The notes under the pieces are model-generated. The model had not been told where the DNA came from and searched no databases. It saw nothing but the letters and a program-made list of their open reading frames with translations. A DNA stretch of 64,000 nt. Source: Flavobacteriales bacterium. GTDB taxonomy: Bacteria; Bacteroidota; Bacteroidia; Flavobacteriales_F; PHOS-HE28. Below, in pieces: positions 23,883 to 35,474 of the stretch (positions within the stretch are counted from its first letter, which is position 1; the number at the start of each line of letters is the position of its first letter). The stretch is taken from assembly GCA_016712025.1 (NCBI GenBank), contig JADJRW010000012.1, positions 95,941 to 159,940 on the forward strand, given 5' to 3'. Both the position numbers and the translations under genes were made by a program.

Positions 23883-23940
23883 GGTCGTAGGCTTTCGCTC
23901 ACGCAGCGGGCGACGCATGCGTCGCCCCTACGATCACTCT

Positions 23941-24926
23941 TTGTCCAATTTGTACTTGCTCACGTTCATACCGAAGCTGAGGCCCTTGTTCTCCACCAGG
24001 TCCTCCAGTTCGGTCAGGCTCTTCTTCCCGAAGTTGCGGAACTTCAAGAGGTCGTTCTTATTGTAGCTCACCAAGTCACCGAGGGTCTCGATGTCTGCGG
24101 CTTTAAGGCAATTCAGGGCGCGCACGCTCAGGTCCATGTCGACCAATTTGGTCTTCAAAAGCTGGCGCATGTGCAAACTGGTCTCGTCGAACTCTTCCTC
24201 CTGCACGCGCTCCTCCAGTTCCAGGCTGATGCGTTCGTCGCTGAACAGCATGAAGTGGTGAATGAGGATCTTGGCGGCCTCTTGCAAAGCGTTCTTCGGG
24301 CTGATACTGCCGTCGGTGAGCACATCGAGGGTGAGCTTCTCGTAGTCGGTCTTCTGCTCCACGCGTGTGTTCTCCACGGTGTACTTCACGTTCTTGATCG
24401 GCGTGAACACGGAGTCGATGAAGATGGTACCGATGGGCGCGCTCTCCACTTTGTTCTCATCGGCGGGCACATACCCGCGGCCTTTGCCGACGGTGACCTC
24501 CACGGTGAGCTTCACGCTGGTCTCCATGTGGCAGATCACCAACTCCGGGTTGAGCACTTGGAAACCGGTGGTGTGTTTGCCGATGTCGCCCGCAGTAAGG
24601 CTGTCCTTTCCACCAATGGTGAAGGATACTTTTTCGGTGCTCACATCCTCCAGCTGGCGGCGGAAACGGACCTGCTTAAGGTTGAGCACGATCTCGGTGA
24701 CGTCCTCGATCACCCCTTTTATGGTGCTGAATTCGTGGTCGACGCCGTCGATGCGCAGGGCGGTGATGGCATGGCCTTCAAGGCTGCTGAGCAGGATGCG
24801 GCGCAGCGCGTTGCCGATGGTGATGCCATAGCCCGGCTCCAACGGACGGAACTCGAAGGTGCCGCGTTGTTCGTCGCTTTCGATCATCACGACCTTGTCC
24901 GGTCGCTGGAAATCAAGAATGGGCAT
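23941..24926 (-). CDS. rpoA: DNA-directed RNA polymerase subunit alpha
   Basis: [47 protein letters not shown]...; C-terminal [23 protein letters not shown]. Confidence 0.98.
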
Positions 24927-25027
24927 GTGCTGTTGGTCGTTGTGTTCGTTATCGGTTGTCCGCTGTCAGTACTTGTCCTTTCCCGGTGTGGCCGCCTGAC
25001 AACACGCGGCCAAAATCGGTCTGCTGC

Positions 25028-25633
25028 TTACTTGGAGTACAATTCCACGATGAGTTGCTCGCGGATGTTCTCCGGGATCTGCGCGCGTTCGGGCAGTGCG
25101 ATGAGCTTGCCGGCCATGGCGGTGGGATCCCATTCCAACCAATCGAATCGCCTGCTCGTACCGGCCACGCTATTGGTGATGGCCTCCAAGGAACGGCTCT
25201 TCTCGCGCACGGCCACACGTTGGCCGGGGCGCAGCGTATAGCTCGGGATCGTGACCACCTGTTGGTCCACGGTCACATGGCCATGGGCAACCAACTGGCG
25301 CGCGGCGCGGCGGGTTGGGGCGATGCCCAGACGGTACACGGTGTTGTCCAAGCGGGTTTCGCAGAGTTGGAGCAGGGTCTCACCGGTGATGCCCTTCTTC
25401 GCCGCAGCGATACCGAACATCTTCTCGAACTGGCGCTCAAGGATACCATAGGTGTATTTCGCCTTCTGCTTCTCCGCGAGTTGGTGGGAGTATTCGCTGT
25501 CCTTTTTGCGACGCTTGTTCGGACCGTGTTGTCCGGGGCCGTAGGGTTTGCGCTCCATCCACTTGTCCGGGCCGAAAAGCGGCTCCTTGAACTTGCGGGC
25601 GATCTTGGTCTTGGGTCCTGTATAACGTGCCAT
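25028..25633 (-). CDS. rpsD: 30S ribosomal protein S4
   Basis: [25 protein letters not shown]...; [25 protein letters not shown]. Confidence 0.97.
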   Translation of the reverse strand: MARYTGPKTKIARKFKEPLFGPDKWMERKPYGPGQHGPNKRRKKDSEYSHQLAEKQKAKYTYGILERQFEKMFGIAAAKKGITGETLLQLCETRLDNTVYRLGIAPTRRAARQLVAHGHVTVDQQVVTIPSYTLRPGQRVAVREKSRSLEAITNSVAGTSRRFDWLEWDPTAMAGKLIALPERAQIPENIREQLIVELYSK

Positions 25634-25704
25634 TGTTCTTCTCTTTTGGGTGCGTTCCGCACCAACAACAGAGCGCGCGTCCACGCGCTCCTACGGGGTT
25701 TGTG

Positions 25705-26118
25705 TTAAACGCGGCGCTTCTTGGGTGGACGGCAGCCGTTGTGCGGCATGGGGGTGATGTCGACGATCTCCATCACTTCCACGCCGTTATTGTGCAGGGC
25801 GCGAATGGCGCTTTCGCGCCCGCCGCCTGGGCCTTTCACGAAGACCTTCACCTTGCGTAGGCCCAGTTCGTGCGCTTCGCGGGCGGCCTCTTCGGCGCTC
25901 ACTTGGCCCGCGTACGGGGTGTTCTTCTTGCTTCCGCGGAAGCCCTGCTTGCCAGAAGAGGACCAACTGATCACCTCCCCCTTGTTGTTGGTGAGGCTGA
26001 TGATCAAGTTGTTGAAGGTGGCATGGATGTGCGCCTGACCGTGGGCCTCCACGACCACCTTCTTCTTCTTCTTCTTGCCAGCGGCTGCGCCGCCTTTGCC
26101 TTCTGCTTGTTTTGCCAT
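25705..26118 (-). CDS. rpsK: 30S ribosomal protein S11
   Basis: [53 protein letters not shown]...[13 protein letters not shown]-type terminus. Confidence 0.97.
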   Translation of the reverse strand: MAKQAEGKGGAAAGKKKKKKVVVEAHGQAHIHATFNNLIISLTNNKGEVISWSSSGKQGFRGSKKNTPYAGQVSAEEAAREAHELGLRKVKVFVKGPGGGRESAIRALHNNGVEVMEIVDITPMPHNGCRPPKKRRV

Positions 26119-26194
26119 TGCCTGTTCAGTTGTCGGTTGTCCGTTGTCCGTTGTCAGCAGCGCCTACTGGCAACTGACAACTGGCAACTGATCA

Positions 26195-26572
26195 TTACTT
26201 GGTCACCTTCTTCTTGTTCGCGACCGTTTTGCGTTTGCCCTTGCGGGTGCGGCTATTGGTGCGTGTGCGCTGGCCACGCACCGGCAACCCGCTGCGATGA
26301 CGCAACCCGCGGTAGCTGCCGATGTCCATCAAGCGCTTGATGCTCAACTGGGTCTCGCTGCGCAGCGCGCCTTCCACCTTGATGTTATCGTTGATGAACT
26401 GGCGGATGCGCGACTGTTCGTCATCGTCCCACTCGTCCACCTTCTTGTCGGGATCCACTTCCGCGTGCTCGAGGATCTCGAGGGCGCGGTTGCGGCCGAT
26501 GCCGTAGATGTAAGTGAGGCCGATGCAGCCCCGTTTTTGCTTGGGTAGGTCTATGCCTGCGATACGTGCCAT
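26195..26572 (-). CDS. rpsM: 30S ribosomal protein S13
   Basis: [37 protein letters not shown]...[26 protein letters not shown]. Confidence 0.98.
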   Translation of the reverse strand: MARIAGIDLPKQKRGCIGLTYIYGIGRNRALEILEHAEVDPDKKVDEWDDDEQSRIRQFINDNIKVEGALRSETQLSIKRLMDIGSYRGLRHRSGLPVRGQRTRTNSRTRKGKRKTVANKKKVTK

Positions 26573-26589
26573 GCTCTATGCGTGCGTTA

Positions 26590-26706
26590 TCAGCCCTGAC
26601 GTTGCTTGAACTTCGGGTTCTTCTTGTTGATCACATACAGGCGCCCTTTGCGGCGGACGATCTTGCAGTCCACCGAGCGCTTTTTGAGGGAGGTCCTGAT
26701 CTTCAT
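26590..26706 (-). CDS. rpmJ: 50S ribosomal protein L36
   Basis: 38-aa [41 protein letters not shown], not listed in the supplied track. I translated it from the sequence. Confidence 0.96.
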   Translation of the reverse strand: MKIRTSLKKRSVDCKIVRRKGRLYVINKKNPKFKQRQG

Positions 26707-26717
26707 CGGTTCGATCC

Positions 26718-26939
26718 TTAACTCTTGTATCGGAAACTGATCCTTCCCTTGGTGAGGTCATAGGGGCTCATTTCCACTTTGACCTTGTCCCCCGGTAGGA
26801 TCCGGATGTAGTGCATGCGCATCTTGCCCGAGATGTGGGCGGTTATGACGTGGCCGTTCTCCAGCTCCACACGGAACATAGCATTGCTCAGCGCCTCTTT
26901 GATGACGCCGTCCTGCTCTATGTTCCCCGTTTTGCTCAT
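26718..26939 (-). CDS. infA: Translation initiation factor IF-1
   Basis: [73 protein letters not shown]. Confidence 0.97.
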   Translation of the reverse strand: MSKTGNIEQDGVIKEALSNAMFRVELENGHVITAHISGKMRMHYIRILPGDKVKVEMSPYDLTKGRISFRYKS

Positions 26940-26980
26940 GCCTTCCTTCTCCGTGTGTTTTGTTAGTTCTCTTCTTTGTC

Positions 26981-27802
26981 CTAGTCCATCACCTCGTCCA
27001 ACTCCACATACCAATCGTTCTTTTTCTTCAGCACATCCTCGATGTGGCTGAACGTTGAAAGGACCTCTGCGTGGCCGTGCCGCACGGCGACGGTATGCTC
27101 GAAGTGGGCGCTGGGCTTGCGGTCGTGGCTCACCACGGTCCAACCGTCGTCCAACTGGCTCACCTCCTTGGTGCCCATGTTGATCATCGGTTCGATGGCG
27201 ATCACCATCCCGGTGCGTAGTTGCGTTCCATGCCCGCGGCGGCCATAGTTCGGAACTTCCGGGGCTTCGTGCAGCTTTTCGCCCACACCGTGCCCCACTA
27301 GTTCGCGCACTACGCCGTAGCCGTTGCGCTCGGCGTGGTGTTGGATCGCGTAACCCACGTCGCCGGTGCGCCGGCCGTCAACCGCTTGGGAGATGCCCAG
27401 GCGCAAACAGTCCTGTGTCCCACGCAGCAAGCGTTTCACCGCTTCGTCCACTTCGCCGATGGCGAAGGTGTAGGCACTGTCGCCGTAGAATCCGTTCATC
27501 AATACACCGCAATCCACGCTGGCGACGTCGCCATCGCGCAGCTCACGGGTACCCGGCAGGCCATGTACCACTTCTTCGTTCACACTGATCAACAGCGTGG
27601 ACGGGCAGCCGTACAGACCCTTGAAACCAGGTAACGCACCATGGTCCCGGATGAACGTTTCCGCAAGGCGGTCCAGTTCACCGGTAACGGCACCGGGCCG
27701 CATTCGTTTGGCCACTTCGGCCAAGGTCCTCCCAACAAGCAAAGAACTCTCTCTCACCAACGCGATCTCGGCATCGCTCCGATAGTTCACGGTTTTAGCC
27801 AT
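26981..27802 (-). CDS. map: Type I methionyl aminopeptidase
   Basis: [44 protein letters not shown]...[36 protein letters not shown]. Confidence 0.95.
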   Translation of the reverse strand: MAKTVNYRSDAEIALVRESSLLVGRTLAEVAKRMRPGAVTGELDRLAETFIRDHGALPGFKGLYGCPSTLLISVNEEVVHGLPGTRELRDGDVASVDCGVLMNGFYGDSAYTFAIGEVDEAVKRLLRGTQDCLRLGISQAVDGRRTGDVGYAIQHHAERNGYGVVRELVGHGVGEKLHEAPEVPNYGRRGHGTQLRTGMVIAIEPMINMGTKEVSQLDDGWTVVSHDRKPSAHFEHTVAVRHGHAEVLSTFSHIEDVLKKKNDWYVELDEVMD

Positions 27803-27805
27803 GCC

Positions 27806-29128
27806 CTATCCCGCCATGCCGTAGGCCGCGTTCGTTCGTCCCTTGATCCGGCCTGTTTTCATCAGACCGTCGTAATGTCTCATCAACAAATGGCTCTCGA
27901 TCTGTTGCAAGGTGTCCAACAGTACACCGACCATGATCAACAGCGAGGTGCCACCAAAGAACTGTGCGAAGCCCTGCTTGATGCCGGCCATTTGCGCGAA
28001 GGCGGGTAGAATGGCGACCATGCCGAGAAAGATGGCCCCGGGCAAGGTGATGCGGCTCAAGAGTTCATCGATATGATCGGCGGTCTGCTTACCGGGCTTC
28101 ACGCCAGGGATGAAGCCGCCGTTGCGCTTCATGTCGTCCGCCAGTTGCACGGGGTTCACCGTGATGGCCGTGTAGAAGTAGGTGAACATCACCACCATGG
28201 AGAACAACAAGAGGTTGTAGAAGGTGCCTTGTGCATTGGCCAGCCCGAGCAACCATTGGGGAGGTTGCTCGAACGCTTGTGCCACATACATCGGGATCAG
28301 TACGATGGCCTGTGCGAAGATGATCGGCATCACACCGGCCGCGTTCACCTTCAAGGGGATGTAGTTGCGCACGCCTCCGAACTGCTTGTTGCCCTGCACG
28401 CGCTTGGCGAACTGCACCGGTATTCGGCGCGTACCCTGCACGAGCAGAATGCACCCCGCTATTATGAGCACCCAGAGCACCACCTCGACCAACAGCAGCA
28501 CGAGACCGCCGCCGCCAGGCCCCATGCGTCCTACCACCTCCTGCGCGAAGCTCTGAGGGAACTCCGCGAGGATGCCGATCATGATGATCAACGAGATACC
28601 GTTGCCGAGACCACGTTCCGTGATCCGTTCGCCGAGCCACATGACGAAGAGCGTGCTACAGGTAAGGATCACCACGGTGGTGAAGAGCCAGAACTGGCTA
28701 TCCGGCCGTGCATCGGGATCGATGGTAGCGTAGATGTAACCCGGCGCCTGGAATACGCAAATGAGGATGGTGAGGTAGCGTGTGTACTGGTTCAGCTTGC
28801 GCCGACCGCTTTCCTCGCGTTGCATTTTCTGCACAGCGGGCACCGCGATGCCCATCAACTGCATGATGATGCTGGCGCTGATGTAGGGCATGATGCCCAA
28901 CGCGAAAATGCTGGCGCGGGTGAAGGCGCCCCCTGTGAAGATCGAGAGGATCTCCACGATACCGCCCCCTCCAGTGGAGGCGGTGGCCATTTTCAGTGAA
29001 TCCACGCCGGGCAGTACGATGTAGCTGCCGATGCGGTAGACCAAGAGCAGTCCGAGGGTGATGAGGATGCGGTTCCGCAGCTCCTCGATCCGCCAGATGT
29101 TCTTGACCGTGTCGATCAGGTTCTTCAT
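27806..29128 (-). CDS. secY: Preprotein translocase subunit SecY
   Basis: RIGSYIVLPGVD, FALGIMPYISASIIMQLMGIAVP, MWLGERITERGLGNGISLIIMIGI, GGTSLLIMVGVLLDTLQQIESHLLMRHYDGLMKTGRIKGR. Confidence 0.97.
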   Translation of the reverse strand: MKNLIDTVKNIWRIEELRNRILITLGLLLVYRIGSYIVLPGVDSLKMATASTGGGGIVEILSIFTGGAFTRASIFALGIMPYISASIIMQLMGIAVPAVQKMQREESGRRKLNQYTRYLTILICVFQAPGYIYATIDPDARPDSQFWLFTTVVILTCSTLFVMWLGERITERGLGNGISLIIMIGILAEFPQSFAQEVVGRMGPGGGGLVLLLVEVVLWVLIIAGCILLVQGTRRIPVQFAKRVQGNKQFGGVRNYIPLKVNAAGVMPIIFAQAIVLIPMYVAQAFEQPPQWLLGLANAQGTFYNLLLFSMVVMFTYFYTAITVNPVQLADDMKRNGGFIPGVKPGKQTADHIDELLSRITLPGAIFLGMVAILPAFAQMAGIKQGFAQFFGGTSLLIMVGVLLDTLQQIESHLLMRHYDGLMKTGRIKGRTNAAYGMAG

Positions 29129-29598
29129 GCCTTATCGCTCTTCTCCTTCCGCACGATGGTGACCGCCTTTCCGCCTTTGCTCTCGATGCTCGCCTTGGCG
29201 GTCGCACTGAAGGCATGCGCCGTAACGTCGAGCGCACCTTTCAGCTCACCGCGGCCCAATACCTTCAGCTTGTCGTTCTTGGCGATCAGGCCGTTCGTGT
29301 AGAGCACATCCGGGTTGATGGTCTTCAACCCCTGTGTTTCAATGAGCATCTGGAGGGTATCCAGGTTGATGCCCTTGTACTCGACCCGGGTGGGGTTGGT
29401 GAAGCCGAACTTCGGCACACGACGCACCAAAGGCATCTGGCCACCTTCAAAGCCGCGCTTGCGGCTGTAGCCGGCACGGCTCTGGGCGCCCTTGTGGCCT
29501 TTCGTGGACGTACCGCCCTTGCCGCTGCCTTCGCCGCGACCGATGCGTTTCTCCTTCTTGGTGGCCCCTTTGGCGGGCTTCAAATTGCTCAGGTCCAT
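29125..29598 (-). CDS. rplO: 50S ribosomal protein L15
   Basis: MDLSNLKPAKGATKKEKRIGRGEGSGKGGTSTKGHKGAQSRAGYSRKRGFEGGQMPLVRRVPKFGF. Confidence 0.97.
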   Translation of the reverse strand: MDLSNLKPAKGATKKEKRIGRGEGSGKGGTSTKGHKGAQSRAGYSRKRGFEGGQMPLVRRVPKFGFTNPTRVEYKGINLDTLQMLIETQGLKTINPDVLYTNGLIAKNDKLKVLGRGELKGALDVTAHAFSATAKASIESKGGKAVTIVRKEKSDKA

Positions 29599-29621
29599 GT
29601 CCGTGGTCTGTTACTGGTGGT

Positions 29622-29804
29622 TCAGGCTTGCTCCTTTACCGATACCAAGTGATGTACTTTTTCGACCATGCCGCGGATCTGCGGCGTGGCCTCCACTTCG
29701 ACGTGTTTGCCGATGCGTCCCAGTCCAAGGGCCTTCAGGGTGTCCTTCTGGCGCTTGGGAGTTTTGATCTGGCTGCGCGTCTGGGTGATGGTGATCTTGC
29801 TCAT
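29622..29804 (-). CDS. rpmD: 50S ribosomal protein L30
   Basis: MSKITITQTRSQIKTPKRQKDTLKALGLGRIGKHVEVEATPQIRGMVEKVHHLVSV. Confidence 0.95.
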   Translation of the reverse strand: MSKITITQTRSQIKTPKRQKDTLKALGLGRIGKHVEVEATPQIRGMVEKVHHLVSVKEQA

Positions 29805-29837
29805 GGCTCGTGGTCCCGGAGGCCGGGGCCTGTTTGC

Positions 29838-30356
29838 TTATCCGTTGAAAACCTTGGAGACATTGACCCCTCGCATTTGGGCCACGGTGTTCGCATCACG
29901 AAGGCTCTCGAGTGCTTTGATCGTGGCTTTCACCACGTTGTGCGGGTTGCTGGAGCCTTTGCTTTTCGCGAGCACGTCGGTTACGCCAACGCTTTCGAGT
30001 ACAGCGCGCATGGCTCCTCCGGCGATAACCCCGGTACCGTGGGCGGCAGGCTTCAGCAACACTTGGGCGCCGGCGAATTTTCCCTCTTGTGTATGAGGGA
30101 TGGTGCCTTTGCGCACCGACACCTTCACCAAGTTCTTCTTGGCATCGTCGATGCCCTTGGCGATGGCCTCCTGCACCTCCTTGGCCTTTCCGAGGCCATG
30201 GCCTACCACACCGTTCTCGTTCCCCACCACCACAATGGCGGCGAAGGTGAACGTGCGACCACCTTTGGTCACTTTGGTCACGCGGTTCAGGGCCACGAGC
30301 CGGTCCTTCAGCTCGAGATCGCTGCTGCGCACTTTCTTAACGTTAGCTCCTTCCAT
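29838..30356 (-). CDS. rpsE: 30S ribosomal protein S5
   Basis: [65 protein letters not shown]. Confidence 0.97.
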   Translation of the reverse strand: MEGANVKKVRSSDLELKDRLVALNRVTKVTKGGRTFTFAAIVVVGNENGVVGHGLGKAKEVQEAIAKGIDDAKKNLVKVSVRKGTIPHTQEGKFAGAQVLLKPAAHGTGVIAGGAMRAVLESVGVTDVLAKSKGSSNPHNVVKATIKALESLRDANTVAQMRGVNVSKVFNG

Positions 30357-30369
30357 CTTGGGTCGTTGA

Positions 30370-30723
30370 TCAGAATTGGAGACCGGCCTCGCGGGCGGCT
30401 TCGGCGAGGGCTTTCACCCGGCCATGATAGACGTAACCGTTCCGGTCGAACACGACCATTTCGATACCAGCCGCCTTGGCCTTTTCGGCGATGGCCGTGC
30501 CGACATGCTTGGCCTGTTCGACGCCGGCGGCCGCATGCGCTTTTTTGTCCTTCAGCGAAGAGGCGCTCGCCAACGTGCGGCCTTCCTCGTCGTTGATGAT
30601 CTGGGCGTAGATATCGCCGTTGCTGCGGTAGACCGACAAGCGTGGGCGCACCGTGGTACCCTTCACGCGGATGCGTACCCGTTCTCGGATCTTGGCCCTG
30701 CGTACGTTCCTGTTGAATGCCAT
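30370..30723 (-). CDS. rplR: 50S ribosomal protein L18
   Basis: [34 protein letters not shown]...[26 protein letters not shown]. Confidence 0.97.
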   Translation of the reverse strand: MAFNRNVRRAKIRERVRIRVKGTTVRPRLSVYRSNGDIYAQIINDEEGRTLASASSLKDKKAHAAAGVEQAKHVGTAIAEKAKAAGIEMVVFDRNGYVYHGRVKALAEAAREAGLQF

Positions 30724-30731
30724 GACTGTGC

Positions 30732-31283
30732 TTATTTGCCTGCGGCTTTACCGGCCTTGCGGCGTACTTCTTCTCCAACGAAGCGGACCCCTTTGCCTTT
30801 GTAAGGCTCGGGTTTGCGCAGTGAGCGGATCTTGGCGGCCACTTGGCCAACAAGTTGTTTATCGACGCTTTCCAGGCGGATGATCGGGTTCTTTCCTTTC
30901 TCCTGTGCGGCGGTCACCTTGATCTCGGTAGGCAGCTCGAAAGTGACCTGATGGCTGAAGCCCAATGAGAGCTGGAGCTGTTGCCCCTTCGTGGTGGCGC
31001 GGTAACCGACACCTACCAATTCCTGTTGGATCACGAAGCCTTCGGTAACACCCTTTACCATATTAGCGATCAGGGCGCGGTACAATCCGTGCTTGGCGCG
31101 GTGCGGCTTCGCGTCGCTTGGTCGCGCCAAGGTGACGGTGCCGTTATCGTTGGTCAGGGTAATGGCGGGGTCCACCTGTTGGGTGAGCGTGCCTTTCGGG
31201 CCCTTCACCGTAACGAGGTTCTTGTGGACGCTGATCTCCACCCCTTTGGGCAGACTGATCGGTGCTTTTCCAATGCGTGACAT
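30732..31283 (-). CDS. rplF: 50S ribosomal protein L6
   Basis: [35 protein letters not shown]...[28 protein letters not shown]. Confidence 0.97.
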   Translation of the reverse strand: MSRIGKAPISLPKGVEISVHKNLVTVKGPKGTLTQQVDPAITLTNDNGTVTLARPSDAKPHRAKHGLYRALIANMVKGVTEGFVIQQELVGVGYRATTKGQQLQLSLGFSHQVTFELPTEIKVTAAQEKGKNPIIRLESVDKQLVGQVAAKIRSLRKPEPYKGKGVRFVGEEVRRKAGKAAGK

Positions 31284-31301
31284 GGTCGTGCAGGTCTGGG
31301 G

Positions 31302-31700
31302 TCAGCTAACGAAACAGATCACTTCACCACCAACGCCCAAGTTGCGGGCCTCCTTGTCGGTGACAACCCCTTTGCTGGTGCTGATAATGGCCACACCGAG
31401 GCCGTTGAGCACGCGAGGTAGTTCGGTGCCGTGCGCATATTGACGCAGGCCGGGGCTGCTCACGCGCGTCAGTTCGCGGATGGCGCTCTGGCGTGTCTGC
31501 GGATGGTACTTCAGGGCGATCTTGATCAGGCCCTGCTTGCCGTCCTCCTGCAGTTTGTAGGAAAGGATGTATCCTTTGTCGTAGAGGATGCGCGTGATGT
31601 CCTTCTTCAGGCCGGACGCGGGCACCTCCACCACTTTCTTGCGCGCCATGATGGCGTTGCGCAGGCGGGTGAGGTAATCGGCGATGGGATCGGTGGTCAT
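31302..31700 (-). CDS. rpsH: 30S ribosomal protein S8
   Basis: MTTDPIADYLTRLRNAIMARKKVVEVPASGLKKDITRILYDKGYI...GVVTDKEARNLGVGGEVICFVS. Confidence 0.97.
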   Translation of the reverse strand: MTTDPIADYLTRLRNAIMARKKVVEVPASGLKKDITRILYDKGYILSYKLQEDGKQGLIKIALKYHPQTRQSAIRELTRVSSPGLRQYAHGTELPRVLNGLGVAIISTSKGVVTDKEARNLGVGGEVICFVS

Positions 31701-31712
31701 GGGATGTCTTAT

Positions 31713-31982
31713 TTACCAGCTGGACTTGGTGACGCCGGGGATCTTGCCCTCCAATGCCATATTGCGGAACACGTTCCGGCTGATGCCGAAGAGGCGGATG
31801 TAACCCTTGGGGCGGCCAGTGAGCTGGCAGCGGTTGTGCATACGCACCCGGCTGGAGTTGGCGGGAAGCTGCTGGAGCTTGTCCCATTCGCCGGCGGCTT
31901 TGAGGGCAGCGCGTTTCACGGCGAACTTCTCCACCATTTTCTTGCGCTTGCGCTCACGCGCCTTCATGCTTTCCTTGGCCAT
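31713..31982 (-). CDS. rpsN: 30S ribosomal protein S14
   Basis: [73 protein letters not shown]. Confidence 0.97.
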   Translation of the reverse strand: MAKESMKARERKRKKMVEKFAVKRAALKAAGEWDKLQQLPANSSRVRMHNRCQLTGRPKGYIRLFGISRNVFRNMALEGKIPGVTKSSW

Positions 31983-31998
31983 GGTCTGGTCTCTATCG

Positions 31999-32565
31999 TT
32001 ATTTCTTGTCGGCCTTATCACTGAACGGCATGCCGAACTCGGTCAAGAGCGCTTTGGCCTCCGCATCGGTCTTGGCGGTGGTCACGAACGTGATGTCCAT
32101 GCCCCGGATCTTGCTCACCTTGTCGATATCGATCTCCGGGAAGATGATCTGCTCCTTCACCCCGAAGGTGAAGTTGCCACGGCCATCGAAGCCCTTGGCC
32201 TGCACACCGCGGAAGTCGCGTGTACGGGGCAGGGCAACAGCGATCAAGCGGTCCAGGAACTCGTACATCTTGTCGCCACGCAAAGTGACACGCGCCCCGA
32301 TGGGCATGCCTTTGCGCAGTTTGAAGTTGCTGATGTCCTTCTTGGACACCGTGGGGACCGCTTTCTGTCCGCTGATGGTGGTCATGTCGATCACCGCGGC
32401 ATCCACGATCTTCTTGTCGCCCACCGCGTCGCCCAACCCTTGGTTCAGGCTGATCTTCACCAGGCGGGGCACCTGCATGTTGCTGGTGTAGTTGAACTGC
32501 TTCTGCAGGGCAGGAGCGACTTCCTTGGCGTACTTGGCTTTGAGCCGGGGTGCGTAGGTGCTCAT
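31999..32565 (-). CDS. rplE: 50S ribosomal protein L5
   Basis: [21 protein letters not shown]...[56 protein letters not shown]. Confidence 0.97.
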   Translation of the reverse strand: MSTYAPRLKAKYAKEVAPALQKQFNYTSNMQVPRLVKISLNQGLGDAVGDKKIVDAAVIDMTTISGQKAVPTVSKKDISNFKLRKGMPIGARVTLRGDKMYEFLDRLIAVALPRTRDFRGVQAKGFDGRGNFTFGVKEQIIFPEIDIDKVSKIRGMDITFVTTAKTDAEAKALLTEFGMPFSDKADKK

Positions 32566-32888
32566 GACTTGGCGGCCGTTTTCTTGGTCTTCACGAAGCG
32601 TTCCAGTTTGCCGTCCTTATTGGCTTTGCGTCCCACGCGGCCCGGCACGCCGCTCTTGGCGTCGATGAGCATGAGATTGCTGATGTGGATGGCACCCTCC
32701 TTGTCCACGATGCCACCCTGGGGGTTGGCGGTGGTGGGCTTGCTGTGCTTCTTGTTCAGGTTGAGTCCCTCGACGAAGGCGCGCAGGGCTGTGCGGTCCA
32801 CCTCAAGCACCCGGCCTTGTTTGCCACGGTCCTCTCCGGATAGCACCTTCACCAGGTCGCCTTTCTTGATATGTAGCTTCTTCTGCAT
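32562..32888 (-). CDS. rplX: 50S ribosomal protein L24
   Basis: [68 protein letters not shown]. Confidence 0.96.
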   Translation of the reverse strand: MQKKLHIKKGDLVKVLSGEDRGKQGRVLEVDRTALRAFVEGLNLNKKHSKPTTANPQGGIVDKEGAIHISNLMLIDAKSGVPGRVGRKANKDGKLERFVKTKKTAAKS

Positions 32889-32894
32889 GACCGT

Positions 32895-33263
32895 TCAGAG
32901 TACCTCGGGGGCGAGGGAAATGATCTTCATGAACTTCTTTTCGCGGAGCTCCTTGGCAACTGGGCCGAAGATGCGCGTACCGCGCATCTCGCCAGCGGCG
33001 TCCAGCAGTACCACGGCATTGTCGTCGAAGCGGATGTAGCTGCCGTCCTTGCGCCGCAGTTCCTTCCGCGTGCGGACCACCACGGCCTTGCTCACCGTAC
33101 CCTTCTTAGCGTTGCCGTTGGGCATGGCGTCCTTGATGGTCACCACGATGGTGTCACCGATGCGGGCATAACGCCGGGCGGTGCCACCGAGCACGCGGAT
33201 GCAGAGCACCTCTTTGGCGCCGCTGTTGTCGGCCACATTGAGCCTGGATTCCTGTTGGATCAT
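32895..33263 (-). CDS. rplN: 50S ribosomal protein L14
   Basis: [68 protein letters not shown]. Confidence 0.98.
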   Translation of the reverse strand: MIQQESRLNVADNSGAKEVLCIRVLGGTARRYARIGDTIVVTIKDAMPNGNAKKGTVSKAVVVRTRKELRRKDGSYIRFDDNAVVLLDAAGEMRGTRIFGPVAKELREKKFMKIISLAPEVL

Positions 33264-33275
33264 CGCTTGCTGGTA

Positions 33276-33530
33276 TTACTTGGCGCGTTCCACGATCTCC
33301 ACCACCCGCCAGCATTTGCTCTTGCTGATGGGGCGCGTTTCCATGATCCGCACCGTATCTCCGATGTTGGCCTCCTCCTTTTCGTCGTGCGCCATGAACT
33401 TGCTGCTGCGCTTCACGAACTTGCCGTACTTGGGGTGCATGACGCGGCGCTCCACGATCACCACCACGCTCTTGTCCATCTTGTCGCTGGTGACGATGCC
33501 AACGCGTTCTTTCCTGAGATTGCGGTCCAT
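33276..33530 (-). CDS. rpsQ: 30S ribosomal protein S17
   Basis: [45 protein letters not shown]...[24 protein letters not shown]. Confidence 0.97.
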   Translation of the reverse strand: MDRNLRKERVGIVTSDKMDKSVVVIVERRVMHPKYGKFVKRSSKFMAHDEKEEANIGDTVRIMETRPISKSKCWRVVEIVERAK

Positions 33531-33541
33531 GGGTCCGTGCC

Positions 33542-33751
33542 TTATTTCTTGTTCACATTCAGTTCGCGGGCACGCAGTTCGGTGAGCACCCGTGCCACTT
33601 CCTTGCGCTTGAGGCGCAGTTGCATGGGGCTTTCCACCGGGCTGACCGCATGGTCGAAGCGCAGCTTGCTCAGCTTGGTCCGTACGTCCTGCAGCTTATC
33701 CTGCAGTTCCACGACCGTGAGGTCCTTGAGTTCGGTGCCTTTCTTCTTCAT
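33542..33751 (-). CDS. rpmC: 50S ribosomal protein L29
   Basis: [60 protein letters not shown]. Confidence 0.93.
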   Translation of the reverse strand: MKKKGTELKDLTVVELQDKLQDVRTKLSKLRFDHAVSPVESPMQLRLKRKEVARVLTELRARELNVNKK

Positions 33752-33760
33752 CGCTCGCGC

Positions 33761-34183
33761 TTATTGGCCGTCGTAGTCTTCACGTACCACGAACTTGGTC
33801 TTGATCGGTAGCTTCTGCGCCGCTAGGCGGAGGGCCTCCTGGGCGGTGGCCATCGGTACCCCGTCCGCTTCGAAGATGATGCGGCCGGCTTGGCACACGG
33901 CCACCCAATGGCTCAAGGCACCTTTACCCTTACCCATCCGGACCTCGGCGGGTTTGGCGGTGACCGGCTTATCCGGGAAAACCTTGATCCACACCTGACC
34001 CTCGCGCTTCATGTGGCGGGTAAGGGCCACACGGGCGGCTTCGATCTGGCGGCCGGTGAGCCATACGCTCTCCATGGCTTTCAGGCCGAAAGATCCTAGG
34101 GCTACGCGGTGACCGCGTTGGGCCTCGCCCTTCATGCGGCCCTTGTGCATATTGCGGCGCTTGCTACGCTTGGGTTGCAACAT
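33761..34183 (-). CDS. rplP: 50S ribosomal protein L16
   Basis: [75 protein letters not shown]. Confidence 0.97.
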   Translation of the reverse strand: MLQPKRSKRRNMHKGRMKGEAQRGHRVALGSFGLKAMESVWLTGRQIEAARVALTRHMKREGQVWIKVFPDKPVTAKPAEVRMGKGKGALSHWVAVCQAGRIIFEADGVPMATAQEALRLAAQKLPIKTKFVVREDYDGQ

Positions 34184-34188
34184 GGCTC

Positions 34189-35054
34189 TTAGCTGTTACG
34201 ATTGTTTCCACCACGTGCCCCACCACCTGCGGGACCGCGACGATCTCCACCTCCACCACCGCCGAAACGACGATCTCCACCTGGACCTCCTGGGCCACGG
34301 CGTTCGCCGCGATCACCACCGGGCCCGCGGCGTTCTCCGCCACCTCCACCGCGACGCTCCGGACGATCACCGCCCATGCGAGGACCACCTTGGCCCTTCG
34401 CCTGGCCGACGTTCGGGCTCAGGTCGCGTTTGCCGAACACCTCACCGCGCATGATCCAGCACTTCACCCCGATGCGACCCATCTTGGTGTGCGCCTCGCT
34501 GATGGCGAAGTCGATGTCGGCGCGCAGGGTATGCAGGGGCACACGGCCCTCGCGATAGCTCTCGGTGCGCGCGATCTCGGCACCGTTCAGGCGGCCGGAC
34601 ACGGTCAACTTGATCCCTTCAGCGCCCATGCGCATGGAACTGGCCACGGCCATTTTCATGGCGCGGCGGAAACTGATGCGCCCCTCCAATTGGCGGGCGA
34701 TGCTATCGGCCACGAGCTTCGCATCCAATTCGGGACGCTTGATCTCGAAGATGTTCAATTGAACATCCTTGCCGGTGAATTTCTTCAGCTCTTCGCGGAG
34801 TTTGTCCACTTCGGTACCGCCTTTCCCGATGATCACACCAGGGCGTGCGGTATTGATCGTCACGGTCACCAGTTTCAGGGTGCGTTCGATCACGTCTTGC
34901 TGACGCTGGCCTTTTTGAGGCGCGTGGATAGGTACTGGCGGATCTTTTCGTCCTCCACCAGTTTGTCCACGTAGTTGTCTCCGCCATACCAATTGCTGTC
35001 CCAGCCTTTGATGTAGCCGAGGCGCGAACCGGTCGGATGTGCTTTCTGTCCCAT
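34189..35054 (-). CDS. rpsC: 30S ribosomal protein S3 (frameshifted; Arg/Gly-rich C-terminal extension)
   Basis: N-terminal frame translated from the sequence: [53 protein letters not shown]. The remainder is [36 protein letters not shown] in ORF 34189..34992. Confidence 0.95.
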
Positions 35055-35072
35055 TGTGCTTTCCTCGGTCTG

Positions 35073-35468
35073 TTAGTTGGCGGTGTCCACGATAAGACTC
35101 ACGTGGTTGCTGCGCTTTTTCATGCGGTAGGCGCGCCCTTGCGGTGCGGGCAGCATGCGCTTCAGGCCGCGTGCCTCGTCCACCATAACGGTCTTCACCA
35201 CCAGGCCAGCCTCATCAGGGCGCTGACCATCGTTCTTGGACTGCCAGTTGGCGATAGCGCTCAGGAGCAGTTTCTCCAGATCGCGGCTGCTGTGGCGGGT
35301 GCTGAAGCGAAGGATCGCCAGCGCCCTATCCACCTTCTGGCCACGGATCAGGTCGGCCACTTGGCGCATGCGGCGCGGGCTGGTGGGCACGTTGCGCAGT
35401 TGGGCGAGGGCCACGGTCTTCTTGGCTTCCTTGCGCGCGTCGGCTGCTAATTTCTTGCGGGCTCCCAT
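35073..35468 (-). CDS. rplV: 50S ribosomal protein L22
   Basis: [51 protein letters not shown]...[17 protein letters not shown]. Confidence 0.96.
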   Translation of the reverse strand: MGARKKLAADARKEAKKTVALAQLRNVPTSPRRMRQVADLIRGQKVDRALAILRFSTRHSSRDLEKLLLSAIANWQSKNDGQRPDEAGLVVKTVMVDEARGLKRMLPAPQGRAYRMKKRSNHVSLIVDTAN

Positions 35469-35474
35469 CTGTCC

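Noticed and set aside
23874-25241. Plus-strand ORF of 455 aa across rpoA
   Set aside because: Antisense shadow of rpoA; the minus-strand protein is unmistakable.
26576-26761. 61-aa minus ORF at 26576..26761
   Set aside because: It is the out-of-frame shadow of the real rpmJ at 26590..26706.
31807-33039. Plus-strand ORF of 410 aa across rpsN-rplN
   Set aside because: Antisense shadow spanning several ribosomal genes.
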